From: the human T2T-CHM13v2.0 reference genome, Homo sapiens
Assembly (NCBI RefSeq): GCF_009914755.1
Contig: NC_060940.1
Length of the DNA stretch: 64,000 nucleotides
Direction: 5' to 3' (one strand)
Numbering within the stretch: position 1 is the stretch's first letter; each line of letters starts with the position of its first letter. The notes beneath the pieces are model-generated. The model was not told where the DNA came from, ran no database searches, and saw only the letters and a list, made by a program, of their open reading frames with translations. Shown in pieces: positions 28,444 to 42,899 of the stretch. The position numbers and the translations under genes are program-made.

Positions 28444-28654
28444 GACACTCTCCTGAGGGCATTTACTAAGAAGGCCCCCAATGACGAGAAAGTGTAATGT
28501 ATTGCAATTCCAGCGTAACAGGCTAATAATAACATGTGAATGGTTATTATTAATGACTCCCCCGTGGTCTCCAGTGCCAGGGGCTCCCTACACACTGGGC
28601 GGGTGAGGAACTGCTGGCGCTTACTGAGCTTGGAACACGGGCCGGGACCTGGGC

Positions 28655-29085
28655 TGTTTGTGTCTCCTGCGATGCTAGAACACATCAGCTGGAAGGCTCA
28701 CAGCCACAGAAACGTGTCCTCTCCCAGTCCTGGAGGCTGGAAGTCCAACATCAAGGCCTTGGCAGGGTTGTGCCCCCTCCAAAACCTCTAGAGGGGGATC
28801 CTTCCCACCTCCTCCAGTTCCCGGTGGCCCCGCGTATTCCTGGGCTTGCAGCTGCATCGCTCCAATCTCCGCCATGTGGACACATCGTCTCCTCTTCTGT
28901 TTCTTATGAGGAGTCCTGTCGTTCGATCTGGGGCCCAACCTCATTGAGGACACTCTCATCTGCAGATCCCTAACTTAATCCCATCTGCAAAAACTGCTTT
29001 TCCAAGTGGGCTCCCATGCGCAGGCCTCAGGGCTTGGGCTGTGGACATCTCTTATCGGGGGCCACCATTCCACTCACTCCCCAGG
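28655..29085 (-). mobile_element. MaLR LTR (MLT1B/C-like)
   Basis: CAGTCCTGGAGGCTGGAAGTCCAACATCAAGG ... GGGGGCCACCATTC. Confidence 0.8.
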
Positions 29086-31299
29086 CTAAGTACTCAGTGC
29101 CCCAAATCTCAATCCTTGCAACAACCCCCATCCTCTATGTAGAGAGGAGGAAACCGGGTCTGGGGGCATTGACGCAATTGCCCAAGGTCACACAGCGGCA
29201 AACTGTTGAGTCCATCTGAGCCTGCATCTCCCCAGGTGTCCTTCCCGGCCGGCCTCGGCACAGGACAGACGCCAGAGGTGGGAAGGCCTGAGGTTTTCCC
29301 GAATTCCTCCTCCTCCAAACAGCAAAATTATGCAACAGTTAAGAAGCAGTCACAGGATGCGGAAGAGGCTGTGGAAGGACCCAGGAAAACTGTGGATGGT
29401 TTTTGAGAGGCACGTGAAGATTAACCAGGGCTGTATCCGCACCACATGGGTTTATTGAGATGGTGATTGTGGCTGTGGTTACAATATTCATTATTGTATA
29501 AGCTACCCCTGCTCCTAGCCCTCACCGTAACTCTGTGCCCTGTTTTTTTTTTTTTTTTTAAGAGCCATGCATTTATTGCCTGATAGGTCCTCATGGTCAC
29601 CTTTCAAGCTAAGTTCTAGCTTCAGCCCTATTTTACAGTTAGGAACACTGAGAACTGTTTTGCTCACTTTCAACTTGGCTCCCTGTCTGAAAAATTCCAT
29701 CTAGGCTCATGAACTCTGTCCTCCAACCCCTCTCTCCTCTCCCCAAATGGAGGTGCATGTCTGGAATAGATCCGATGGCCTTTTTACCTGGAGGGCAGTG
29801 AGTGGTCGCTTCCTGGCTCTCTTCTGGGCAGGCCTGCAGGGGGTGCTACTGGGGATCCTGGCAGACTGAGGACACTGGGGCTCCTTTGGGTGCCTGTGGC
29901 CTGGGAGGCAGGCCTGGGTCCCGGGTGAGGCCACAGCTGCGGGTGGGCCCACCTAACTAGGGCACAGGAGGCTGCCAGGAACGCAGGAAAGCACCGAGGT
30001 CTTGGAACAAACACAGCGCGGGGTGCTTGCAGAAGGGAAATGAACACAAATCTGGCTGCAGCATGGACCGCCACCTCCCATACAAGCCTGTCCACTGTCC
30101 CCACCTCTCACTGGGCCCTGGAGAGACTGGAGTCCAGAAATGCTGTCCGTAGTGAGGCCTCTGGCCCCTTCCCTGGAAGACCGGCTTGGACTCACTTTCC
30201 GAAAAAGGCCTGCACCAGGTCATCTTCCTGGGTGCCTGGCCCCTCAGGCTCCCCTGGACTGAGTCTTGGCAGCTGCAGCTGCACCTGGCCAGGAGGCCAA
30301 GTTCTGAGCTCCAGGGTTCTGGCATCAGGAGGTGGGGTGCTCAAGGCTGGGCAGCACCCAAGCCTGGGAGTGCAGCCATGTATGGGAGGGGCCCTGAGTG
30401 TGTCCAGGATGTAGTGGCCTGGCCTGGGAGCTGCTGGATTGGGCAGCACTGGGAAAGAGGGGTCCAGGGTGGCTGCACACTCCCTGCAGGGCTGGGGTGC
30501 TCCTTCCAGGCATGAGGCAGGTCCCCACAGGGGCAGAGAAGCTCCAACCCGGGTGGGTTGGGGAACCCAGCTGCCTGGGTCAGAATCCTGGCTCCCGTAT
30601 ACTGACCTGTGGCCTTGAACAAAGTCTCTTAACTTCTCTAGGCCTCAGTTTTCTCACCTGAAAAATGAGGCTGATACCTGCACCCATCTAAGAGGCTGCT
30701 GGAGCACTCAGTGGGGACATCTGTGCGGAAGCCCTTTGCACAGTCCTAGAAGGTCCTCGGCGTCTCAGCCGTGTTCCCAGTACTGTTCCTGCTCTTACGA
30801 TGATATCCTTGTTATCACCTTCCCTCTGGCTGCTGGGAGCGTGGCAGCGGGACGGCGCATTTCTTCCTGCTGAGCGCATTGTGTGTCCAGTGCTGTGCTC
30901 AGAGCTTCTATGCCTTACCCCTCCACTTGGCAGCCTTGGGAGGTAGCTCTGAGGCCTCCATTCATGGATGAGAAAGTAGAGGCTCAGAAAGGGGAAGCGT
31001 CTTCATTAATTTACTCACTCACTCATTCACTGGACACATACTTTCTGAGTCCCAGGTCTTGTCTTTGGTGCAAGGGAGACGGTGGTGGATGAGGCAGATG
31101 ATGCCGTGTCCTCGTGTGGATCAGCTTCCTGCCAGGCTTGGGCCACCCAGCTGAGCCGCGGGGAGAGGATTTGGTTCCAAATCCACCCCCTCTATGGCCC
31201 AGGCTTGTCCACTTCTCAGTGCTCCATTTCACCTGGACACAGGTGCTGGGAGAAGGTGGCACAGAACGAGTGTCTGGCCTCCCACCCTCCAGGGAAGGC

Positions 31300-31546
31300 T
31301 GTGTGCTTGCACGTGCATATGCATGTATGTTCATGCCTGTGTACATGTTTGTGAGTGGCTGTGTGCATGTTTACATGTATACGTGTGTGTTCCCATGTGC
31401 ATGGATGTGTATGGATGCGCGCATAGGTGCATGTGTGTGGATGTGTTTGCCTGTGTACACTTGCATGCTTGCGTGTGTATACAGGCCCGTGTTCGTGTGT
31501 GCACATGCATGCATGTAGGCACATGTGTGGGGGACTATGTGTGTGC
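31300..31546. repeat. TG/CA-rich alternating purine-pyrimidine low-complexity tract
   Basis: Degenerate TGTG/TGCA/CATG repeats. Confidence 0.88.
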
Positions 31547-32044
31547 CTAGCCATGCTGAAAGAAACCTGCATTCTGCTTTTGATATTTGTAAGTTTGCTC
31601 TAACCCTGGGAAGTGTCGAGAAGCTGGGGATAGGTAGGTCCCTGCTCCACGTCTGACTTCACTAAGAAGAGAGGATGAAGAGATACCTTGGTCCTGGCTT
31701 GGGGCCTAGGTGGCAGGGCCAGGGGCTTGACTTAGGAATGTAGCCTTCTCCACACATACCTCCACCCAGGCCTCAGAGCTCCTGGGTCTGGCTCTTAAGA
31801 AGTTTTGCAAAGCCTGTTCAATGTCTAAGGAGGCTCTGTCCACCTCCCAGTGCCTCCCACCACTCCTCAGCCCAGCTTCGTTCCTGGTGGCCTCTGCATG
31901 TCCAGGAGTCACTGAGTGGCATGCACACACACCCTGGGAGGGGTATTCACTGGCAGCCAGCAGGCAAGGGATGGATAGAGAAGCGGGTAGGAGTCTCAGG
32001 GAAGACTGGGTGACATGGTTGCCATAACTCCTCAGTGCTGCCTC

Positions 32045-32385
32045 TGCCTCCCCGAGTCCCAGCCCTAGGTCAGACCTGAAGAGGTGAGCACATCCTAGAA
32101 GGGTCCCCATCCCTGCTCCACTGCCCCAGGGATGCCTCTCCCAATCCCAGCCCTAGGTCGGACCGGAAGAGGTGAGCAAATTCTAGATGGATCCCCATCC
32201 TGCTCCACTGCCCCCCAGGGATGGCTCCCCCCGTGCCAACCTAGGTCAGACCAGAAGAGGTGGGCAGATCCTAGATGGGTCCCCATCCCTGCTCCACTGC
32301 CTGGTAGATGCCTCCCCCAGTCCCAGCCCTAGGTCAGACCAGAAGAAGTGGGCAGAGCCTAGATGGATCCCATCCCTGCTTCATG
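32045..32385. repeat. Minisatellite, 88-bp unit, ~4 copies
   Basis: CTAGGTC at 32065, 32153, 32241 and 32329 (period 88). Confidence 0.92.
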
Positions 32386-32974
32386 TTCCTGTCTTGACTT
32401 GGGGCCACACAGCCACTCCGCCACCTCCCTGGGTGGACTTTGCTGGGAGACCTGTACAGGTCACTTTATCTGAAGTTGTTCAAGCCAGAGAAGAAGTGTC
32501 TTTCAAACTATTAGTCCAGGATTTCCCAAATTAGAGTCCTGTACAACCCAGTCCCATGAAAGTATTTGTGGGGGAAAAAAAAAAAAACTAGCCTGCAGTC
32601 AAACATGTTTTTGCACACTGCACGCTTGATGCCTAGCTCCCGGCTGGGGCGTTACGTCTTTTAGCGCATCAGTGGTTCTGAGAAGTCTGCGCCAAGGGAA
32701 CCTTTGAAATCTGTGTGTGTAACGGATAAGTCAGACGGGTATTTGGGCTGGGAAGTTTAAGGATGAGTCGGGAGACATAGGATAAGTTGGTTATAAAAAT
32801 TTTTTAAAGACATAAATTCAGAGGAAGCTGTACAGATAACAGGATTCTATAAAGAGAAAGAAAACAGGACCGAGCTGAAGCACGATTTGCATTCTTTGGG
32901 CTGTGGTGGTGAGGTAGGCTGAGAACCAGGGGATATCATCCAGGTGGAGTTTGCGGTCCCCGAAACTCGGAGGC

Positions 32975-34690
32975 CATCATTAAAGCTGACTGTGCCATTT
33001 TGTGCCGCCAGCAAGGAATGAGAATTCCTGCCACTGTTTTGTATTTTAGACATTCTAATAAGGACACAGTGATATCTCATTGTGGTTTTAGTTTGCATTT
33101 CCCAAATGGCAAATGGCCTTGAAAATCTTTTCGTGTGCTTATTTGCCACCCATGTATGCTCCTTGGTGAAGTATCTGTTTAGATCTTGGGATCATTTTTA
33201 AAATTGGTCTATTTGATTTCTTATTGTTGAATTTTAAGCGTTCTTTATATATTCTGGATACAAGTCCCTTTAATGGCTATGTGATTTGAAAATATTTTCT
33301 CCAAGTCTGTTCCTGGTCTTTTGATTCTCTTAACAGTATATTTCACAAAGTTAATGTTCTGGATTTGACAAAGTACAGCCTCTCAATTTTGTTCCATACG
33401 GATTGTGCTCTTGGTGCCATATCTAAAAACTCGTCACCAAATATGAGACGATGTCGATTTTATCATATATTTTTTCTAGAAATTTTATAGTTTTACATCT
33501 TACATTTAGGTTAATCATCCATTCTGGGTTATTTTTGGGGTAAGATGTGGGGTATGTGTCAAGTTTTATTTATTTTTTTGCATATGGATATGCGAATTGT
33601 TCCAGTGCCATTTGTTGAAAAGATGATTCTTTCTCCATTATTTGCCTTTGCAACTTTCCCAAAATTCAGTTGCTCATATTGGTGGGGGTCAATTTCTGGG
33701 CTTTCTGTTCTTCTTTATTGACCTCTATGTCTGTCCTTTTACCAATACCATACTGTTTTGATTACTGTAGCTTTATAGTAAGTCTTGAAGCTGGGAATAT
33801 GCATCATTCAACTTTTTTCTGTTTCAGAATTGTTTTGGCCATTCTAGTTCCTTTGCCTTCCATATTAACTTTATAGTCAATTTGTCTAAATCTATAAAAA
33901 AAAGCATACCGAGATTTGGATTGAAATTGCAATGAATCTGTAGATAAAATTAGAAAGACAACATTTTAACAGTATTTAGTCTTCCAACCCATGGACACAG
34001 TAATCTCTTCATGCATTTAGATCTTTTATTTATTTCATTAGTGTTTTTTAGTTTTTAGCATACACGCACTATCATATTTTGTTATATTTATGCCTAAGTA
34101 TTTCTTGTTTACAGGGGAGGGGGAGTATTATAAATGGTATTATTTTTGTAATTTCAAATCCTAACTGTTCATTGCTAGTATAGATATACAATTGACTGTT
34201 GTATTTTGATAACGTATCGTATGACCTTGCTAAGCTCATTTATTTATTCTAGGAGTTTTAAAAATGATTCTTTCCTAAGTAGATAATCATGTCAACAGCA
34301 AATAAAGATAGTCTTATTTCTTCCTTTTCAATTTGTATGCCCTTTATTTTTTTACTTGTCTTTTTGCACTGGCTAGGACTTCCACTATTATGCTGAATAG
34401 AACGTGGAGAGAGGACTCCTTGGCCTTCTCCAGTCTTAAGGGAGTAGCATTCAGTCTCTAACCATGAAGTCTGATGCTAATCATAGGTTTTTGTAGGTGT
34501 CTCTTTATTAAGCTAAGCAATGTCCTTGTATTCCTACTTTTGTGAGAGGTTTGTTAGCCATCAGGGGATGTTGAATTTTGTCATATCTACTGATGTGCTT
34601 TTTCCATATTTAACTGAGATAATCATATGGTTTTTCTTATTTAATCTATTAATGTGATAAGTTATATTCATTGATTTTTAAGCTCATTGA
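32975..34690 (-). mobile_element. Old L1M ORF2-region fragment (non-coding, degraded)
   Basis: TATCTCATTGTGGTTTTAGTTTGCATTTCCC, TACTGTTTTGATTACTGTAGCTTTATAGTAAGTCTTGAA; T-rich throughout. Confidence 0.88.
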
Positions 34691-35036
34691 ATTTTTAATG
34701 GACAAATTAATGACAGTTTTAAAGGTATTTAAATGTATGCATGATTACTTATGGCTTCTAGGTCTTTCTGGCTGAGTGGCTTTGGGTAAGTCACTTAACC
34801 TTTCTGGGCCTCAGGCTGGTTCATCTGTACATTGAGAGTTGGGTGGGATCATTGATCTCTAAAGGCCATTACAGTCTGGGTGAGGGGAGGATAAGAATGC
34901 TAACAAGAACCATGTTTTCCTGTGGCTTTGCAGCAAGCGTAAGAGTTTACACTTATTGAGCATCTTTTGTTTGCCAGATCTTAGGCTAGTGACGTTTCAT
35001 CATCTTCCTCACCAACATTATGAGATGTATGACAAC

Positions 35037-35572
35037 AGGCAGTCCCCAACCTTTTTGGCACAGGGGACCAGTTTCCTGGAAGACAACTTTTCCATGGACG
35101 GGGGCAGTGGGGATGCTGTTGGGATGATTTAAACACATTACATTTATTTTGCACTTTATTTCCATTATTATTACATTGTAATATGTAATGAAATAATTAT
35201 ACAACTCACCATAATGTAGAAGCAGTGGGAGACCTGAGCTTGTTTTCCTGCAACTAGAAGGTCCTATCTGGGGGTGATGGGAGACAGTGACAGATCATCA
35301 GGTATTTAGATTCTCATACGGAGCGTGCAACCTAGATCCCTCGCATGTGCGGTTCACAATAGGGCTGGAGCTCCTGTGAGAATCTCATGCTGCGTCTGAT
35401 CTGACAGGAGGCGGAGCTCAGGTGGCGAGGCGGGCAAGCCATGCGGAGTGGCTGCAAATACAGATGAAGCTTCACTCGATTGCCTGCAGCTCACCTTTTG
35501 CTGTGTGGCCTGGTTCCCAACAGGCCACCTACTGGTCCCAGGGGTCTGTGGCCCAGGAGTTGGGGACCCCTA
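35037..35572 (+). mobile_element. MER1A (hAT-Charlie) near full length, inserted in a MIR
   Basis: CAGTCCCCAACCTTTTTGGCAC ... AGTTGGGGACCCCT terminal inverted repeats. Confidence 0.88.
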
Positions 35573-35714
35573 TATTGTGGCCTTTACTTCACAGAAGAGA
35601 AAATGGGAACATAGAGAGGTTAAATAATTGTTCACAGCCATATGTGTAGTGAGTGGAAGATGCCATCTTGTAAAAGGAGTGGGAGGTGAAGTGGGTGCAG
35701 GTCCAAGCCTCCAG

Positions 35715-36308
<594 letters not shown>

Positions 36309-36321
36309 TCTAGACTAGAAG

Positions 36322-36533
36322 TCAGGAAATGATAGCTCATGAAACAAACATGGCCAATGCCCATTGTCTTGTCAATAAAATGTTATTGGTACACAGTTAC
36401 ATCCATTTGTTGACATAGTGTCTATAGCTGTTTTTGAACTACGACAGCAGAATTCAGCAGTTCCAAGAGACTGCTCACAAAGTCCACAACGCTTACTACC
36501 TGGCCTTTTACAGAAAAAGTTGGCTAACCTCTG
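36322..36533. mobile_element. MER58A-like hAT element
   Basis: AATAAAATGTTATTGGTACACAG ... TACCTGGCCTTTTACAGAAAAAGTTGGCTAACCTCTG. Confidence 0.8.
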
Positions 36534-37531
36534 CTCCAGATCAAAGTTTGGGAGGCCCAGAATATTTACTGTCTCCGTGGGAAGACTATAGGTGATTTTA
36601 CGTTTTCTTCTTTTTATATCTCTGTCTTTTGTAAAGTTTCTGAAACAGAAACATCACTTTTGATAATAAAGAAGAAAAATTATAAGGGCTTTTTAATTAT
36701 AAGATAGTAAATTATGGGATAGGGAAACAGAAAAAGGGTGGCACTGGGCCTGACCCTGGAAATGAGCCATCCCTGTTTAGCTCCTGAGTGTGGGCCTCCT
36801 GAGAAGGCCTGGGAGTTGCCCAGGAAGCCTGTTGCATGGGAAGCAATCCAAAGGCCCCTTCGTTACTGAGGGACTGTTTACATGGGAGTGGGAGGGAGGA
36901 GCGCGGGGCTGAGGAAGCCAGTTAGCCACAGGCAGGCCCGGGGAGGCTGGGCCATACAGCGTGGGGGGTTCGGGAAGCGGGGCCCATCTGGTTTGCATTA
37001 GGTTTCTAAGGTTGATAGCAAATAAGGGTATTAGAGCTAATTTACTTATTTAGAGAAAGACGACTCAATCCCAGGAACTGATTGGGAAGGAGCAGCCCCC
37101 TTCTCCTCCGCTGCAGAAACGCCCCATGGGAGGGGGGGCCTGCTATGCCCAGGCCCCTGTGTGAAGATTGGTATCTTTTAAAAAATAGCCCTGCAATCAT
37201 GTGTGGCCTCAGGCTAGACTGGGGCACTTCCAGCCCCCTAGTCCTGCCTCCTCGGGCTGGGGCTGGGTACACTCCCAGGGGTTCTTGACCCTGTCCTCCA
37301 GCTCCTTGGATTTGGGTTCCCACAATAGTCCCGGACCGCAGGTAACCTACAGGGTGAGGCCAGGAAGCAGCACACACAGGGCTCATCTCTCCCGGTGCAG
37401 AGTTCCACATCCAGCAGCCTCAGCACTCTGGATCCCAGGGGGGTCATCAAAACATCACAGGGAGGCCTGGGGTTGTGGCTAAGTCCGCATAGAGCCGACA
37501 GCAGGTTCCCATCCACGCTGCCCAAAGCTCA

Positions 37532-37740
37532 GGCCCCCGATCCATTTCCCCCAGGAGCCAGGAACAATGACGTCACGGCTGGGGCCCCCGATCCATTTCC
37601 CCCAGGAGCCAGGAACAATGACGTCACGACTGGGGCCCCCGACCCATTTCCCCCAGGAGCCAGGAACAATGACGTCACAGCTGGGGCCCCCGATCCATTT
37701 CCCCCAGGAGCCAGGGACAATGATATCACGGCTGGGGCCC
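37532..37740. repeat. 51-bp minisatellite, ~4 copies; three carry a full CRE palindrome, the fourth a variant
   Basis: Unit GGCCCCCGATCCATTTCCCCCAGGAGCCAGGAACAATGACGTCACGGCTGG; TGACGTCA at 37568, 37619, 37670; TGATATCA at 37721. Confidence 0.96.
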
Positions 37741-38166
37741 TTGACACAGGTTCCATTCTCAGACCAAGGGCTTGGGTTTCCAGAATTCTGGCCCTGTGTG
37801 GAGGCAGCACTCCCTTTGTCTTGGGTTTTTGGAAAGAGCTTGGGCTTTGGCATCAAACCAGCACGCGTTCAAATCCTAGCTTTGCCAAGTTGCGCCTTGG
37901 GGAACTTCATTTTCCCCATCTGTGAGAGGCTGAAAGTGATACCCATGACATGACCTGGCGGCGAGGACTAGACAGGGAGAGATGGGAGTGGGGACATCGC
38001 AGGGCTGGGCACAGGGCTAGGGAAAGAGGCAGCTACACTGAGGAAGAGAAGGCAGGAGGATGAGTTCGTTTTGTCGAGATGGATGTTACAGAGGTGGGGA
38101 GGGCATTTCAGCTGGGGGATCAGCACATAGCTCTATGACATCAACTTTAAAGTTCAGCTGGAGATG

Positions 38167-38500
38167 CTCTTCCTTCCTCCCTCCCTCCCTCCCTCTCTTC
38201 CTCTTTTTCTTCCTTCCTTCCTCCCTCCCTCTCTCTTTTCCTCCTTCCTTCCTTCCTTCCTCTCCCTCTCCTTTTTTCCATCCTCCTTTTCTCTCTCCCC
38301 TTTCTTTTTCCTTTTACAACATATTAGGGGTCCTCTCCTTTCTTCCTTCCTTCCCCTTCCTTCCTTCCTTCCTTTCTTTCCTTCCTTCCTTCCTTGCTGC
38401 CTGCCTGCCTTTCTTCCTTCTTTCCTTCCTTCCTTCCTTCCCCTCTCCTCCCTTCCTTCCTTTATCTCTCTGCTTCCTTTTTCCTTTTACAACATATTAG
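38167..38500. repeat. (TTCC)n/(TCCC)n polypyrimidine tract with an internal duplicated 24-mer
   Basis: CTTTTTCCTTTTACAACATATTAG at 38304 and 38477. Confidence 0.9.
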
Positions 38501-38829
38501 AGGTTCAACATGGCTGAATTATCCACACTGTTCTTGCACCAAACAGCATGTTGCAGATTTACTCAACTATTTATTTATTTATTCCTTCTTCAAACTTTAT
38601 GTTTAGTAGTCCCTATTAGATTCTGTAATTCCTGTTAAATCCATATTAGGACTCCTGTATCGTTCATCATGGAAATTGAGTCATTCAGCCAGTAATTACT
38701 AAATGCCCACGACCAAGCTCTGTCTTAGGAGCTGAAGTCATAGCCATGAACAATTATAACTAATTTATACCAAAAACAGAAGGAGCAAGGGGTAAGGGAA
38801 ATAGAAATCTAATACTTTGCAATGGTCTA

Positions 38830-39258
38830 TAGCAGTGGCTTTCAACTCTAGTTGCATATTTGAATTACTTGGGAAGATTTTTAAAAATATGTGACCCCAC
38901 AACAAACCAACTAAAGTTGAATCTCAGGGTGGGTTGGTGGAGAGTCAGATCAGTTTATTTTGTAGATTCCCTGGGTGATATGAATGCACAGTTAATGATG
39001 AGAATCACTGGTCTCTAATTAACCTCAATCGCAAAGTCTTGTTACTAATTCTTGATCTTGTTACTCTAATCTATTGATTCTCAAAGTGAGGTCCCAGACC
39101 AGCAGGATCTACATCCCCTGGGAGCTTGTTGGAAGTGCAGATTCTCAGGCCCAATCCCAGGACTGCAAAATCAGTAACTTTGGTGTGGGCCCAGCAATCT
39201 GTGTACAAACTCTTAGGTAATTCGATGCAGGCTTGAACCCGAGACCGTCTGCACTGGT
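38830..39258. mobile_element. Adjacent MER5B-like (38830-39012) and MER5A-like (39072-39258) elements
   Basis: CAGTGGCTTTCAACTCTAGTTGCATATTTGAATTACTTGGG; TTCTCAAAGTGAGGTCCCAGACCAGCAG...GCAGATTCTCAGGCCC. Confidence 0.75.
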
Positions 39259-40649
39259 GCATGAAACACATCTACTTGCTCTGATGTTCTCACCTCACCT
39301 CAGCTGAGCACTTGCTGCTCAAGTCTGGTGCTCTCCCTGAGGCTTAGGGTCTCATCCTGCATGCGAACTCAGTGCTGACTCCATTGGTGGGAGTGGCTCC
39401 TTGAGAAACATCATGAAGATTTGCCTGGGCTCACTGGAAGGAATGCAGCAATCAATTAGTGATGTCTGCATGAGGATGGGTGTGGAGAGCTTTGTCTCTT
39501 CAGGCTCAGCATCTGTAATCTACATCAGCAGCCTCTATCATTTGAAAACTCTGATATTCTTAGTTCAGGCACCTTGTCTATTTCTGTTTTCCAAGCTGCA
39601 CTGGGCTTTAGCAGCCTACTTTCTTTACAGACTTAGCCAAAACAAAACAAAACAAAACAACTCAAACCAAAAACCCACGTTCACCGCCATTTTAGATAAA
39701 GTTCAATGGACTGAAATTCCCAACAACAACAATAACACCAGCAAGTTAGTGTTCCTCCCCTGGAAAATCCCCTCCACCTTGCTTCTATTATGTCAGTGGC
39801 CAACTCATTCTCTCCTGCCAACTTTGAAGTCCAAGTTATTTCTGTTTTCAATTCATTCTTTCCTCTAAAATAAAATTAATTTTGATGTGATTAGAAAAGG
39901 AATGTATCATCATGATATGAAATTGATAAAATGCTAAACAAAAAGGATTAAAGTAATCTGAAATCCCACCATCCAGAAATAATTAATTCACCATTAACAC
40001 TTTGGTTATATCCTTCCTGACTTCTCTCTCTGTCTTTCTTTCTTCTCTTGACATTGGGAGGGGAAGCTGGCCTATGTACAGTACATTGCCTAATTTCACT
40101 CATTTCAAAATATAATGACAAGCTAACGGCTTTATTGAAAAAGTGAGGGGCCCTATGGTTTTGAAGTATAAAGATAATTATTGAATCACTGTGGGGTTAC
40201 TTCCTAGGGCCTAGCCCTCCTTCTTTTCACCTATTGCATGTTCAGGGCTGCAGGCGAACTCTGCAGGGCTCCCTGCAGCAGCCACTGAGTCCTCCAGTGA
40301 CACTGTACGGTGCTTTTATTGCTGATATTTTTGGCCACCCTTAACAGGTGAGGAAACAGAGCCTGAGAGCGGGAAGTGCCCTTCTCAGGGGCACATCTCT
40401 CCAGACTCCTCCATTCTTTCTCTATCCCCCAGAAGTTCACACTCTATCAGAGGAGGTGACCCCCTGATAATACCTAAGTCTGAAGTGCCCAGTAAAGGTT
40501 TAGAGAAGCTCAGGGGCACTTGAAACGGCAGGGAGAGGCTTTACATCTACCTGAGAGAGGAGAAGATGGAGTCAGGGGACCTTCTTGGAGGAAGTGTCCC
40601 TACAGGAATAGCCCTATATGTGGTCCTGTCTGACTCCTCTGACGTCATA

Positions 40650-41170
40650 CTAGTCAGGATTCATTCAGTTTTAAGTGACAGAATGACTTTACATCTATGG
40701 AAAAATATATAATACAAGGACCCCATCCTTGGAGTTCAGGCATGGTGGGATCCAGGTGCTCAGATCCTGTTGTAAAAATCTGCCCTCTCCCTTCCCTTGG
40801 TTCCATTTTGCTGTAGGTTGGTTTCATTTTCAGGGAGTTTTTCTCCAAGGGCTTGCCTCTGGCAACTCGACTTCCACACTATCCGTTTAGTAATGCCAGT
40901 GTGAAGAGCCTGTTCATTATCCGTTGTTCGAGGAATGTCCTGGGGTTGACTCTTACTGGCTTGGTCATGTGCCATCTCTGAGCCAATCAATGTGACTTTT
41001 TTTGTCTGGGCCTAGGTCCCGTGTTCACCCCTGAAACTGGGAGGTGTTGTCATCAGCCACCTGAATCTTGTGGACTGAGAATGGTATAGGGATAGTTTCC
41101 AAAAGGAAATTGAGAGTCTAACCCCAGAAACAGGAGGAATGAAGATTGGTGGTCAAGCAAAGGCTGTCCA
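40650..41170 (-). mobile_element. Old MaLR LTR (MLT1J/K-like)
   Basis: TAGTCAGGATTCATTCAGTTTTAAGTGACAGAA ... GGTCATGTGCCATCTCTGAGCCAATCA. Confidence 0.65.
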
Positions 41171-41481
41171 GCACAGTGCCAGCAATGCCACCATTGGATA
41201 CACCTCCTTCAAATGCTTCTTCAGAATAGAGCCTTTTATCCTCCTGCTCCCCTAACAAGATGATTTCATTCGCATATTAACAGGGCCTAGAGTTATCTGC
41301 TCAAGTTATTAGCACCCAGTGTGTCCTTTAGCACAGGCAGGGACTCGAGATTCTCAGGCAGAGGACAAGCAGGCTATGAGGGAGAGAACATTCTGGAGCT
41401 CAGGAAGCATGAGTGGGAGGCTCTGGCATTCAGAGGATAGCGTGATAGACCCCATTGTGGGTGCTGGAAGTTTCCAAATAG

Positions 41482-41903
<422 letters not shown>

Positions 41904-42178
41904 CACAGCAGAACTTTTGAGCGGGTTCTCAGCTACTCCAGGCCAGGCTCTGGCTTCCACATGCAAGGACAGTTCATTCCAGGTGGAGACAATTCCACCG
42001 GCTAACAGATGTGTCTCTGTTTACTCCATGGCTCACCCACTCACCCTCCAAGCTTCCACTTTCCTGTCAGCCCCTCTTTCAGACTGGCACCGCCAGGAGC
42101 GTGAGGAGCCTGTGTGGTCTGCTCATTATTCTATCTCCATTGCCTGGCACACAGCTGGTGTTTAATAAGTGCTGTTTG

Positions 42179-42272
42179 GTGGATGGTGGATGGTTGGGTG
42201 AGCGGATGGTAGTTTGAATGGCTTGGCGGATGGGTGGATGGGTGGATGGGTGGATGGATGAGTGGATGAATG
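42179..42272. repeat. (TGGA)n simple repeat at an L2 tail
   Basis: GGATGGGTGGATGGGTGGATGG following TGCCTGGCACACAGCTGGTGTTTAATAAG. Confidence 0.8.
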
Positions 42273-42899
42273 TGTAGGTAGAGGGCTGGCTGGCTGGAGG
42301 ATGATTGAGTGGACCCACAGCTGGATCAGCAAGGTTAACTGGAGGCAGAATTCTGTGACTGTGAAGAGCAAGGTCTCTGTAGCCAGATTGCCTGGGTTCA
42401 AATCCCATCTTTGCTTCTTACCTGCTTGTTGACCTTGCGTAAGTTTTTAGCCTCTCTGGGACTCCATTTTCTGATCAATGAGATGTGGGTACCGCCAGGA
42501 CTTACCTCAAAGGTTGTTGTGAAGATCATCTGAGACGTCACACATGAAAGTACTTTGCACAGTGCCTGCCACACACTAAGAGTTCACTAACTGTGACCTG
42601 CCTTGTCCATTTTCATTTGTGTTCTAACAAATGGTTCTTTTGCACGGGCTGCTCTGTTACTGGGTGCTTCCTAGATACTAGGGACACAGCAGAGAATGGC
42701 GAGGTGCCCCTGCCCACCTCGAGCAAGCACTTTTATGGGGTGCACGTTTTCCTTTTGTCTTGCATAGCACTTTTATCATTTATACGCATTTTTCATATCT
42801 GCACTAATGTTTTTAAAGAGTTCCCCCCATACTGGGCTGTACAGTCCACCCAGGGCCTTTACTGTTTTGTTACCAGCTGGATATCAAAGAAAGAATAAC

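Noticed and set aside
35523-35536. Second CTCF-like motif GCCACCTACTGG
   Set aside because: Inside MER1A with poor flanking match; probably chance
37395-37925. 176-aa ORF with 17-aa repeats
   Set aside because: A consequence of the 51-bp unit; several frames on both strands are open and the ORF ends in a MIR
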